NCBI GenBank assembly: GCA_000934665.2
Contig: KZ538564.1
Coordinates: 1 to 61,548, forward strand
Reading direction: 5' to 3'
DNA length: 61,548 bases
Source: Catajapyx aquilonaris
Taxonomy: Eukaryota
Made by a program: the position numbers and the translations under genes. This document shows positions 40,001 to 52,109 of this stretch, in pieces. The stretch's first letter is position 1; every line of letters begins with the position of its first letter. Below the pieces are notes generated by a model that saw only the letters and a list, made by a program, of their open reading frames with translations, made no database searches and was not told the origin of the DNA.

Positions 40001-41578
40001 AAAACGGCGTGGGCACTGACGGAGTGAAGCCATTCATAGGTTTGGCAGGTCACCAATCCTATTCCTTCCGGACACAAATGACCTTTTCATTCCCGTTTGT
40101 CAAGAGCACGGTCTTAGAAGAAAAGTCTGGAAACTGCCATTCCCTCCTTATGGGGGCGAGTAATGGCGGATGTGAAGGTGGCATGGCGCCCACCAGTCGT
40201 ACCCTTTCGTATTAGCGATCCTGGCGACGGATCGTGAAAGCTTCTCCCAGACCACAACTCAAATCCAGGCCTCTTCTGCGCCTATTAGGAAAATGCGTGA
40301 ATAAGCACACCCTGTTGCAAGATTTACCAATTTGAGGAGTCTACGATAATATTTTATGGAGCTATATATGGAGGTGTAAATGTCAACAATGATGTTCATT
40401 GGCCGAATTCTATTGTGAGATATTGGTGACAGCGTATGAAACAACAGGTAAGGGAGACACGAATATAATAAATTAATTCCGACCTCATTTTGGAATAAAT
40501 TACAGAATAGTACGCAAACAGTACAATAAGCCTATGTCCCATAATTTTGTAAGACTTTTTTTTTAAATTTGGTTACATTATCTACTCCAAAAGTACACTT
40601 GCTTGCAAAACTTAATCGCCTGAGCCACAGCCTTTGAAATTAAGAGCTACTGTTATAGCCACATTGCGGTAGTATATTTTAAAATGAAGAAGACCTGTTG
40701 TCGTTTAAAGTTAACAAAAAATGTGCTTCACCAATTTTTAAATGCCTGACAATTGAAGCTTATCTACCACTGTCAGCGAGAAAGCCTGCAAAAAAATACT
40801 TAAAAATTCTCCATCAAATTTAACGATAGGTCGTAACCATTTAAATACTCTAATTGGTTTCCTCTCAGTGGGTTGCAAATCGAAACGGCAGTTCTCAAAA
40901 CGACAGGATTCGGCTTAATTTAAATATATATCTGCAAGCCCTCCTCGTAAAGCTTTCAGTTTATCCTGAAAAGTCCTCCCACAAAAGTCTCATCTCCTCT
41001 TGGCAACCATTTCTGGCAACCTGCTTTGAATGCAATTTCGATTTCCGCGCAGGATTCAATCCTTCCTCTGCAGGGATCCTCTACTCGCGCCAAAAACATA
41101 AGCAAAAACATACAGACCCGCATCTAAGGCACCTAGAGGTCAACACACGAACCTAGAAGTAAATCGTCGGAACAGTCCGGAACACAAAGTGAGTGCAGGC
41201 AGGCCATTCCGGTTGGGCGTAATGGCCACGGAAGCATCCGCCATCTGACTTTATAACTTTCATCTGGCGAGGTGCACATCGCCCCCTACTAAAACAAGTG
41301 GGAGTTAACGAGTGAAGATAGACTGTGTGGATTGTCCATCACACTCTCTGGCAATATATGCTCGAATTACGCGGGTCCAAATAAATTGGGGAATCCCCGC
41401 GGGAATGAGGGAGCCAACCCCCAACCCTAGAGTTATAGTCCATTCTATTTCTAGAATTCACTGCTGGGTTGGAGTCATTTATTGAGATTGGATACTATAC
41501 GTAGTGTCAAGGACCCGACATACACAAGTAACCCTGAATTGATGAAGTCCGGTAAACCTGCTGTACTACCTTACCGGG

Positions 41579-42260
41579 CAGCGGTGTAGCCAGGAAATTT
41601 GTAATGGGGGGGGGGGGTATGTGAGGGTAGAACGAAGAGGCCCGCCGCAGGCGAAATTTTTTTTGCTGTTCAAGCTCACATAAGCTACAATATTTGCGCA
41701 TGTGCGTTTTAACACCTTAAAGGGACACTCCACTCAAAATACAAGTTGGGTTCTAAAAATCGGGCAAAAAATCCTGATTCCGAGGGTATAAGCAGTTTTT
41801 CTTAAAGACGAACGGTAAGGCCAGTGTGAAAGCTGGAAATGTGTCGTTCGAAAACCGCGCGCGGAGCAGGTGGCGACGCCACCAAGTGGAACCGGGCGGA
41901 ACTATAGACGGTGCCTGGCGCGGCCAGGGTCCCCTACATGGTTGCCTCCCCCACCCTAACTGTCTAACTGTCTAGGTGGGGGAGGCACTCATGTAGGTGA
42001 CCCTGGGCGCGGCAGCGTCCCTACTTCTCCGGTTTGCCGCGAGATGCTGTTGTATCGCCCTTCTTAGCAGACGACGTGTGTAGATATATTATTTTCCGTG
42101 TTACCGTTGGGCGTAGGAAAAAACCGATTGCACATTCGGAATCAGGATTTTTTGCCCGATTTTTAGAACCCAACTTGTATTTTGAGTGGAGTGTCCCTTT
42201 AAAATTGCGGATTGGAACTATATTTTTTGTATCCAAGGGTCCCCCCTGCCTACGGCACTG
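41579..42260. mobile_element. hAT-type MITE hosting a Kolobok-like insertion
   Basis: CAGCGGTGTAGCCAGG...CCTGCCTACGGCACTG termini; 8-bp TSD TTACCGGG. Confidence 0.75.
41721..42198. mobile_element. Kolobok-like non-autonomous element, short copy
   Basis: TTAA|AGGGACACTCCACTCAAAATAC...GAGTGGAGTGTCCCT|TTAA; TIR longer than 60 bp. Confidence 0.85.
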
Positions 42261-43389
42261 TTACCGGGTAACTGTGCTATCTTGTAGCCTATATAAAGTG
42301 ATAAACCTTGAACGCGCACCAATTATGCAACCATCTGGTAAAATACGTCAATTACCATACTGTTTTCTTAATGAGCCGCCTGCAATTTATTAGGACAGCC
42401 AAGAATGGCGGAAAATTGCGTCGTGCTGTAGGTTTAATTCCGACTCTGACGTGCTCACCTGATGCCAATGGGTGTAATTTCATTCCTTCAGGCCACATTG
42501 GGCTCAGATTTGATTCATAGAAAGAGCTCTGGATCTAGTGTCGTGCGGTTAATTAACCCAGCTCCATGTCTCTCTCACTCTAGCCGACAGCCATATTCTT
42601 GTTCACCATTTTAATTATACAGCTGGTTAAATCGCAGCTATTGTAGATTTCACATTTGCCAAACCTTGCTAAATAGAGCGTCTTATTGGTGGCCTTTACT
42701 CGGTTACGTCCGTTTATATTCCGTCGGTCGGAACCTAGGCCTAAAGTTCACGCGAAACTCGTTTTCCAAACTAATTTCGTGAGGCAAGAGGGCGGGAAAC
42801 GTGTCCAATTTTCCTAAGCGTGACTCCATACGTCAGGCTCTTGTGTCAGGTAGGATCAAAGTGACGGTGGCGTTTGGAAAGGAATGAAAAATACGATGTG
42901 TAACAGTAAAGGAAAGATTTGTTTGCTTTTTTTAACCCCCTCTGGAGGGCGGTAAGCGAACGTTCGCTACGCCTGTCTGAATTCTCGAAGAATCTTTTTT
43001 TTTTGTCCAAGAGGAATAATGTACGGAGGAGAGAGCAAACATCCCCAAAATGGAGTTTTTCATAACCGACTTCAGATTGAGTGAATATCAGTCTTCCTCC
43101 CCCTCCCCACCCACCCCTCCCATACCTTCTTTCCCTCCTTCGCGTGTCAATTTTCATTTGTGGAGAGTCCGGAGTGAATTCTGAAGTGTGGCATATTGAA
43201 AGGGCGCCAACGTGTAGAGGCTTTTGTAGTGAGTCAACCCAGGACACGATGGCCATTTGTCAATCCCCGACACCCATTTCGTTAATAAAATCAAAATGGC
43301 CGCGTCTTATGGCAACACGCAATGGTTTAGCATCGGGTGGGGGAGGATATGACGTAATAAACCGTCTAAATTTTTGGGGGGAACTGATA

Positions 43390-44003
43390 TCTATATAAAT
43401 AAAGCAGTTTGTGAGTCTGTCTGTCTTTCTGTCTGTCTGTCCGCCTGCCAACCGTGATTTGCCTGCCATCTGCGGTCCGCGGACCGCAGATGGCAGGCAA
43501 ATCACGGTTTTGAAACCAGCAATGCTGGTATGCTGGTCTGCTGGGAATTGGCACTGTTTTGCTGGTACCAGCATGCTGGTTGTTTGCTGGTCTCTGCTGG
43601 TTTCAAGCTATCATTGCTGGTATGCTGGTTCCAGCATGCTGGTATGCTGGTCTGCTGGGAATTGGCAATGTTTTGCTGGTACCAGCATGCTGGTGTTTGC
43701 TGGTCTTGCTGGTTTCAAAACCAGGGCGGGTGGGAAGGACGGGAGGGGTTGCAGCTGAGGTGGGATTAGAGTAGATCCAGATTGTGAGCAGGTGGGAGGA
43801 GGGAGCGCCGGAGAGGAGCTATTGTTCTCCGGCGGCTTAATCAGGAGCAGATGGACAAGGTGGCACGTGCAAAAGTCCACTTTTTGCCAAGTCTGGGAAA
43901 ACTGTCATGGCAGCTCTCTGTGCGTGAAAATTTTGACGGGGCTACTGGCAGGTGTTTTCCTTTCATTCATTTCTTCCCGGGCAACGCCGGGGGCCGCAGC
44001 TAG
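43390..44003 (+). mobile_element. Non-autonomous Helitron
   Basis: A|TC start, (CTGT)n microsatellite, subterminal CCCGGGCAACGCCGGG hairpin, CTAG|T end, no TSD. Confidence 0.8.
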
Positions 44004-45125
44004 TTGTACATACGGGCGAAAATTCGGTTCCTGTCCCGCCACCATATTAATCCATGCCGCTCACGAGAGGACTCCAATCATGTTAGCTCGTGTATAACGA
44101 ACTTTCCTGCCAATGGAGCTCTGAAAGATTATTAGATTCCCAAATTGAGGTCCACATATATCGGACAGTCTTAGGGACTTTGTGCATTCGCAGGGCTTAC
44201 TAGTAGCTTAGTTAACAGATACGAGTTCGGAGGGGGAATAAGCAGGCTTTGATCCTTCAACCCCATGATGCAATTAAGTCCTCCGGGAGGGCTTATTGCA
44301 AAATTTGACCTGTCCGTACCGACACAAAAAAAAATTCGATTACGTTTTCAGCGTGTTGCGGATATTTCGGAAATGCCACGTATGCTTGTGATGTTCATAA
44401 ATTATATATGAAGCCATTATACTTTTGAATTAATTGGCGGAAAAATTAACGTCTGCACTGTTTCTGGGAATCCAATTATTATAGTGTGCCTGCCACATAA
44501 TTCTGTACATGGTGTTATGAATAGTGAAACATTATTGGTGCTGGCGGGCCTGCCATCGCCCAAAATGTATCTGTGAGGTGTTGTTTGACCATTTTGTTTC
44601 AATTCCATCTGGTGTCTATTGAGGCTGAGGAGTTGGCATAAAATATTGATACCTGTCACCTTAGAATCAAATTGACTTGGAAGATGTCAGTCAGAATCGG
44701 AGGACGTAAAGGTGCAATATCGATGGATATGCCAAAGTTCCGGAGATTCCCTTGTCTCTTTTTTAAGTAAAGAACCAGAACACTGGAACTATATACCAGT
44801 GCCAGTGCTCAGAAGATACTAAATAGTTGCTATGTACAATTTTGGACATTAATCGACATTTTCCAAAGCGGCAGAAGAAGGAATCTTGCTCGCCCGGCTT
44901 GCAGTATCTTCGATTCCTTCTTCTGCCGCTTCGGAAAATGTCGCTAGCGGTATGCCTCGATTACTGTCCAACACTGTACTTCAGGCAGCCAAAGTTTTTT
45001 AAAAAATGGCGATCGCAGTACTAGGTAACTCCATCTCTGTTGCTTCAAATGATGGATTCGACAGATCGAATTCTTTACAGAAATATGATTGTGACTTAAC
45101 TTAACGTATACGGTTTTTAAATATT

Positions 45126-45476
45126 AATTTAATTTATTATTCATTTAATTTATCCCATTGAGAGGTCAGCGCTCTTTTAGGGGGTGTAATTAGGGGGTTG
45201 TAATTTTCTTCAGCTCCGTGCAGGGGAGAAAGGACATGGGGGTAGGGATGGGGCAAATGGGGATTATTTGTGGAGGAGACACGGTTACTAGTGCAATGTC
45301 TGAAACTGGGTCATATGTTCAGTCTCCCTGGAGGTTAGGTTGCCAGATAATAAGACGCCTCAAAGGGGCGGGTCAGAGAATCTGACGCAGGAGAAAGGGA
45401 ACTCCATGGCGGGGATCGAACCCGGGACCTTCCCCTCAGCAAGCCGAGTCGTTACCAACTACGTCACCACGCCGCC
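45126..45476 (-). mobile_element. tRNA-derived SINE related to family A
   Basis: Reverse-strand head with B box (GGTTCGATCCCCGCC), shared CTGGCAACCTAACCTCC core, A-rich tail, flanking GTTTTTAAATATT direct repeat. Confidence 0.8.
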
Positions 45477-46029
45477 AGAATGTTTTTAAATATTCCAGAA
45501 CTTAAGATGAAACCAGTAGCCCTAATATTATTTTATACTCCCTAGAGTGCTATAAAACCATCAAGGCCAACTATAATATATTATTAAAATGTCAATTGAA
45601 TTTACAGCGTTTATATTAAATTTGCCATTAAATATGACAATAACAGCAACCTGTTATAAGGCTATTGCTTTAAACCTTCGTACACAATAATTAGTTATTT
45701 ACATAACATATGCGACTTGGCAATTTCCTCATTTACAATTCTTTATTAAATAATCATTATTGCGTAACAACTGGAGCTAGTGAAGACCCTCTGTAGCCTT
45801 GATGACCAGAATCTGTTATTGCTACTTACGGATCTGAATACTTGCATGTCTTGTATACCTGTCTACTTTATCCGAGTAGTTTTATGAATAACACATAATT
45901 CAATGACACTTGCGTAACTATGAATAGTAAAAATCCCGTCGCATATAAAATAGCCCACAGATTATGTAGACATTTCATATGTCATGGCATCCTTAGAGAG
46001 AAAGGGTCTTGATTTGGAGACATTTTTAG

Positions 46030-46557
46030 ACTCAGCATCGCGTCCTACACACGACGCTGGGTGTACATGGCGCTACGGAGCAAGAAATGAACGACTACAT
46101 GCACCTGTGGCGTGTGTTCGTATATTACATGGGAGTTGAGGACGGTTACAACCCTTTTGTGGGTACCGTGCACGACGTTCGACGACTCAGCCGCGAGTAT
46201 GTGAACACCGTGCTACTGCCTCACATGAAGTCCTTCAACGTCGACCAGGAGTACTTTTGCAGGATGATGTTGAAGGCTTCTTCACGTGTGACCCCGGCTA
46301 TGAAATTATTTGCGGTACGGCCTCCGAGTGTCGCTCTGTATGGAGCTTGGTGTACGGATCTTCCAGGGGTTATGGACGTGTTGTATAGGTATGCACGATG
46401 GTACGACAAGGTCTACTTTTGGTTTTTAAAGTTCATTTTTAGTGTTGCATTTCGTCTACCAATCTTGCGCAAAATTGCAAGCTCACTTTCTTGGGTGGCT
46501 ATATCGCGTTTCAAGAAACGCCTGGCCAATCAAGCGGCTCCAAAACGGAAAGGATAA
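46030..46557 (+). CDS. Terminal exon of an ER-bound oxygenase mpaB/rubber-oxygenase-like (DUF2236-type) protein; upstream exons not recognised, possibly a gene fragment
   Basis: TTTTTAG acceptor at 46029. LGVHGATEQEMNDYMHLWRVFVYYMGVEDGYNPF matches the LG...E...HxWR..GY.LG.ED.YN pattern of arthropod members of this family. Hydrophobic and basic C-terminus, TAA stop, AATAAA at 46600 and 46743. Confidence 0.7.
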   Translation, partial: TQHRVLHTTLGVHGATEQEMNDYMHLWRVFVYYMGVEDGYNPFVGTVHDVRRLSREYVNTVLLPHMKSFNVDQEYFCRMMLKASSRVTPAMKLFAVRPPSVALYGAWCTDLPGVMDVLYRYARWYDKVYFWFLKFIFSVAFRLPILRKIASSLSWVAISRFKKRLANQAAPKRKG

Positions 46558-46856
46558 TTTCAACGTTGGCGTGTGCTCGAGATTTGTGCGGGATTCCATA
46601 ATAAAATCCCTACGTGGAAGGCATTTTGTAGGTTTTTGTCATGCACTTGGGGTTGATAAAGGGAAAGGATTTATAAGTATACCGCCAGGTGACGGGTGTT
46701 ACTAATGAAAATAGTTATGCAAACTGTGTGGAATAATGTAGCAATAAACCACTTTCAGATAATATATGGTTTTTACTTTTCCACATTTGGAACACCCTTG
46801 CAATAGGCAGTCACTGCGAATGCTGAACTGAACTGAACACTATGCAACGCAATATT

Positions 46857-48434
46857 TGTTCATGGAATATATTTCATCGCTATTGCCATGTTCCTCGTAA
46901 CTCATAATGACCATTCATTTTGTCTTGGATTTGTTTTTGACCACGGGGCAGTCGAAAACCCAAAATCCTCAAATATAGGGGTTTTTCCCAATCCAGTGGG
47001 CCTAAATATTGCTAGACCAGCTCGGATTTTGCTGATAAAAATTACAGCTGTACACACCTATGACATAACACTCCATATCAAGTTTCAACCTAATTGCGAA
47101 ATACAGTGGGGAGGGAAAAATTCGCGAAATCATGAAATTTGGATATTTTCTTGGGTTAGTGGAAGGGGTCAAATCCCAATCAATATAGTACATCAAATGA
47201 AAGAGAAACACCAGGAGAACGCGCATATGAAATTTGTTTTCCTCGAAAATGTGACCAGACACATATGTGGTATTTCATCTGTCAGAGGTCCAAGAAATTA
47301 GGCCCTTGAAAATTAATGGCATATCTGCAAAACAACAACAACAACACGACATTTCCCTATGAGGGGTAGTCAGCGATGAAGGGAGACGCAAGCTAACCCA
47401 ACATATGAACTAATAAAACTCATGAGAATAAACCTAAAAACAACCTGTCCCACCCCCCACCCCTGCCCACCTCAGACATCACCTTATCCTCAGACATATT
47501 TACCTATTTACCCATTAATTAACCTACGCCATTTACACCTATCCAAACAAACAACCTTAGCCTCAGCCACGTCCATGGCCCTATTGACATATGAACGTCT
47601 CGGCTTAACACTAGCAACACCCTTAAGACACTGACCCACCTGGTCCAACCATGTCTTCCTAGGCCTACCCTTGCCCCTATTACCAACTACTCCACCCAAA
47701 TAAACCTTCATCACAATCTCCTCCTCCTTCATCCTCTCCACATGGCCAAACCACCTTAGAGTAGACCTACACACCTTATCTTTAACAGTCTCCTTAACAT
47801 AATCTGCAAAACATATATATTATTTTCTCGTGAGCTATTAGTGACCAAGGCTTGAAACTGCACCTATTAAATCTGGTATGGGTTGCAATTCCGGTCACCA
47901 AATATGGCTGCTCTTACTCAAATATATCACTAATTATTATTGGGGTTTAAATACTTAAATACTTGGGCATGTGACTGAGCATGTGACCGATGGAATGCCA
48001 CGCATGTTTTTCTGAGTGCATTTTCGAGAAAAACAAATTTCATAGGCGCATTCTACTCGCGTTTCTCTTTCATTTTATTGTATATGTTGATTGGGTTTTG
48101 ACCACTTCCAATAATCGGAAAAAATTATCCAAAAATGGCCCCGCTTCCAAAGTTTCGCGATTTTTTCACTCCCCACGGTATTTCGCAATTCGGCTGAAAC
48201 TTGATATGCAGTGTTATGGCATAGATGTGTAGATCTTTGATTTTTCTGAGCAAAATCCGATATGGTCTAGCAACATTTAGTCCCACTTGATTGGGAAAAA
48301 CCCCTATATTTGAGGATTTTGGTTTTTTTTACTGCCCCGAGGTCAAAAACAAATCGAAGACAAAATGATTGGGCATTATTATGAGTTACGAGTGACCTAA
48401 GGAACATGGAAATAGCAATGAATTTCCATGGACA
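46857..48434. mobile_element. Foldback-like DNA element with ~420-bp imperfect TIRs, containing the RTE insertion
   Basis: 46857-47280 and 47988-48434 are inverted copies of each other, e.g. AAAATCCTCAAATATAGGGGTTTTTCCCAATC versus GATTGGGAAAAACCCCTATATTTGAGGATTTT. Confidence 0.8.
47335..47801 (-). mobile_element. 5'-truncated RTE-clade LINE
   Basis: Encodes LRWFGHVERM...GRPRKTWLDQV...DRCKWR (RTE ORF C-terminus), then a 3' UTR and (TTG)n tail. 12-bp TSD ATCTGCAAAACA at 47323-47334 and 47802-47813. Confidence 0.9.
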
Positions 48435-49899
48435 GAAAAAAAGTTGATTTTTGCTGCATTATTAATACCATATATGTACCATATATGGTATTAATAATGC
48501 AGCAAAAATCAACTGTTTTTCTGTCCATGGAAATTCATTGCAGTGTTTCCGGATCATTGGGACCCAAAAACGTGTGATAAATTTTTTTCAACATCAGCCC
48601 ACGTGTACTGTACCGAAGAACTATGAGGAGTGTCCACTACTGCAGGCCATTGTTATCCTTGCTATAACTTTTTGCAAGGATCGGGACCACTGGTCAGCTG
48701 ACCCGTCAGTCACGGTGGCTAATGCATTTTTGACCCAATTGATAGACGACACTATTCAGAAAGATTACTCAGATTTATCAGTGTCTACTAGATACAGCAG
48801 CTATGCAGAATTGAAAAGTTCACGCCTACGTGAAACTTATTTTTTATATAATTTTCCTATCCAAATCACCATACTATTGGCTAATTTGCGAAGTGAATCA
48901 CCTTATTTACTGGTGCACGGGTATAAATTTCCTATGCAGAAGATTGTTCATTATGCTATCCCCCCGATGGCTTTAACCTTCACCATATTTTGTATTCATG
49001 CCCTTTTTTTTAGATCCGCAAGATGTAAACAGCTTTTTCACTGGCCCAAAGTTCCTCCGGATAAGATATTTCACGACACTCCCGAACACTCTTTTTCAAC
49101 TATATTATTTTTGTCCATGCGTCTTTTCTACTCCACGCCTGATTTATGATTTATAATTGTCTACCCCGCATGTTCATACTATCCCCTTACTCTTTATATA
49201 ACCACAATGACCACTTTATTACCATGTTTATTGTTATTGCATAATTACAAAACTGCATGTTACCATGTCCATATCGTTATTGCAGTAGGGGTGCTGCTCT
49301 CTGGAAATGGGCTTGGCCCGAGTAGGTAATAAACACTTTACTTATACTTGTTAACCTTGCTATGACTAGGTAGACCATGTTTATCACAGACGTTACAGGA
49401 AAACATCCAGAGGGGGTAAATATGGAGATCCCAAGTTATTCATACAGATGATTCCTGCCCTTGATTTGTATAAGGATGGAACCTATGGCCTTGTAGTTCG
49501 AAGACACTTCCAGCTTTATAGGGAAGCTCCAATATGTCCAGGTCAAAAAGATCTATTTCAAAAGCCACATTTCTCCAGGCTTGACCCAAACAGTTTTTTT
49601 TCTGCGGGGTTACGTGAAAAACCTCGCATACCAGCTCAAGGTCAAAATAATATGACCTTCGGCAGTTGACATCCTGCATAATGACCCTATACACACTACA
49701 ATGACTACATGGCTACATGGCTACATGACTACATGGAAACATGCCGACTGGAGATTTTGGGTGGTTCAGTACCTTACGAGTTGATTTAAATATTTGTTCT
49801 ATACATTATGTGAACTATTCTTGCTGTAGGTGGTACGGCCATTCGTGTAGTAGGTATGGAGCAGCCCACGGACACTACCCCTATCTTCTGGGCTTATCA

Positions 49900-50206
49900 C
49901 CTGCCGAGGGATTACGCACCGGGTGCTCCCTTGACACCGCCACAAGACATTTCCCAGAGCATTTATGTGGCGAGTGGCGACCCTACCGGACTAAGGCTAA
50001 ACTTTATAGGTACGAAAGGGGAGGGCTCGAGGGCTACATGCTGGCCCAACATGGCCGCCGGCGGCCATGTTGGGCCCCCCAATGTAGCCCTCCCCTTTCG
50101 TACCTATAAAGTTCAGCCTTAGTCCGGTAGGGTCGCCACATAAATGCTCTGGGAAATGTCTTGTGGCGGTGTCAAGGGAGCACCCGGTGCGTAATCCCTC
50201 GGCAGG
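49900..50206. repeat. ~300-bp spacer-less palindromic element, copy 2
   Basis: Arms fold about the centre GGCCGCC|GGCGGCC (50059/50060); arms are nearly identical to each other. Confidence 0.85.
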
Positions 50207-50501
50207 GGGTGGGTGGGGAGTGACCTAACCTGAGTCTTCAACAGCCATGGTATGGAGTGTTTCAGATCCACCATGTGACAATAGGTAGTCAAGTGACAGC
50301 TATTTGAAGATGGTGGCCCCACTGGAGGTGTGCACCAGTATTATGCTACCTATGCTATATTTATTGAGGAAAAAGTGATTATTTTTCTATGCGATAACGT
50401 CACCCAACTTAAACCAGATGTGCACCTGATAAACCAATTTTGGCATAAGGCCTAGTTCCCTTTTTGGGTCCCAACCATCGGGACACCCTGCATTGAGGTG
50501 T

Positions 50502-50586
<85 letters not shown>
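50502..50586. repeat. Compound (TTG)n(TCG)n microsatellite
   Basis: Read directly from the sequence. Confidence 0.95.
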
Positions 50587-50944
50587 TACAAATGTGCAGA
50601 CGAGTCAAATACTGATTGGAAAATGTCCAAGTCGTATGTGTATTAGTAGTCCCTACGAGCATTTGTTATAATTAGCACACGAAACGGAGACACGTTCGAC
50701 ATAGAACTAGATGTCACATGACATACAAGAGCCAATCTCTTCAACGCGTTTTTGAAAATGACACAAAACTGTGTGTCATGTTCATGTCTCACGTGATAAT
50801 ATGACACTGAAAAGACTGACCAAAATCTCTTTGCTTGTTATTTATCTCAAAAATACCTTTTCCGCTTGCGAGACCCTGCCAATAGACGGGAGGAGCACAA
50901 GTCCGCACCACAGCAAGGTGGAATCATAGGGAAATCTTTCTTAA

Positions 50945-52093
50945 AGGGACACTCCACTCAAAATACAAGTTGTGTTCTAAAAATCGGGCAAAAAATCCTG
51001 ATTCCAAGGGTATAAGCAGTTTTCCTGAGAGACGAACTGTAAGGCCAGGGCGAGCCGTCAGAGTTCGGAAATTCGAATCTGGCGCAAAAGAGCTGCCCGC
51101 CCGGCCCAGTCCGCTCCCTCCGCGCGCGCAGCCAACCGGGACTGGCAGAAATTGCCTGACATCTCAGCCGTCTTTGGTCCACGCCATATTTGGTCGGCAC
51201 GAGTGTCGGGTCGTGGGTTTGCGCCAATTTTGAAGGTGGTTTCCGTGGGCGGCATGCTACCTATTACCCTGGACAGTGAATCTGCTCACCACAGCACTGT
51301 TACTTTACGGGCCAGGGCTGGGCCAGGGCTGGGCCAGGGTTTAGACTGGGCCCTGACTGTTTATGAAAGGCCCACATCTGCTACCCAGCAGATCCAAAGA
51401 ACAAAGGCGACCTGCGGGCGGGGAAGGAACGTGAGTCACGTGTAAACTCTTAGCACTTGCGAAAGACATGTGTGAGTCAGCCCTTTCGAATGGGCATATC
51501 GGAGTGTACTTGGAAGCAGGCAGGATGGATGGGCAGGGAGCTCCTGATGTCGGTGCTACAGATGGTGCATTTTGTGTAGTGTGTCGGCTCCGCAGCAATG
51601 ACGTCAGCCACGAGGGTTATCGTCGAACTTTTTTTTTTGTCATTTCCGTGTCGAAAGGAACATTTGATGCGCCAATGGCAAGCAGGGCTGAATACGGCTC
51701 AAATTGGTACGGGAGGAGGCCGTGCGGATTTGGGCTGGGAAGCCCTGCTGGTACGTCGCTCTCAGCAACAGCCGCCGTACCGTCAAGATAAAGGTGATTC
51801 GGACCTGCACGTGGACTGTCGGATTCCGCCATCTTTGAAAAATATACCACACCAAAGATCAGGGTAACCTCCATGAGTGCCGGCAACCATGTAGGGGACC
51901 CTGAATATTTCCGACTATTTCTGCCCATACCCGGAAGAGGCGCTGCTCTTTTGCGCCAGATTCGAATGTCCGAACTTTGACGGCTCGTCCTGGCCTTACC
52001 GTTCGTCTCTCAGGAAAACTGCTTATACCCTCGAAATCAGTATTTTTTGCCCGATTTTTAGAATCCAACTTGTATTTTGAGTGGAGTGTCCCT
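50945..52093. mobile_element. Kolobok-like non-autonomous element, long copy
   Basis: Same termini and TTAA TSD as 41721-42198; TIR about 140 bp; different GC-rich interior. Confidence 0.85.
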
Positions 52094-52109
52094 TTAATGT
52101 AGAGTACAG

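Noticed and set aside
48538..49149. Longest ORF in the track (203 aa)
   Set aside because: Non-ATG start, no recognisable domain, composition typical of AT-rich non-coding DNA.
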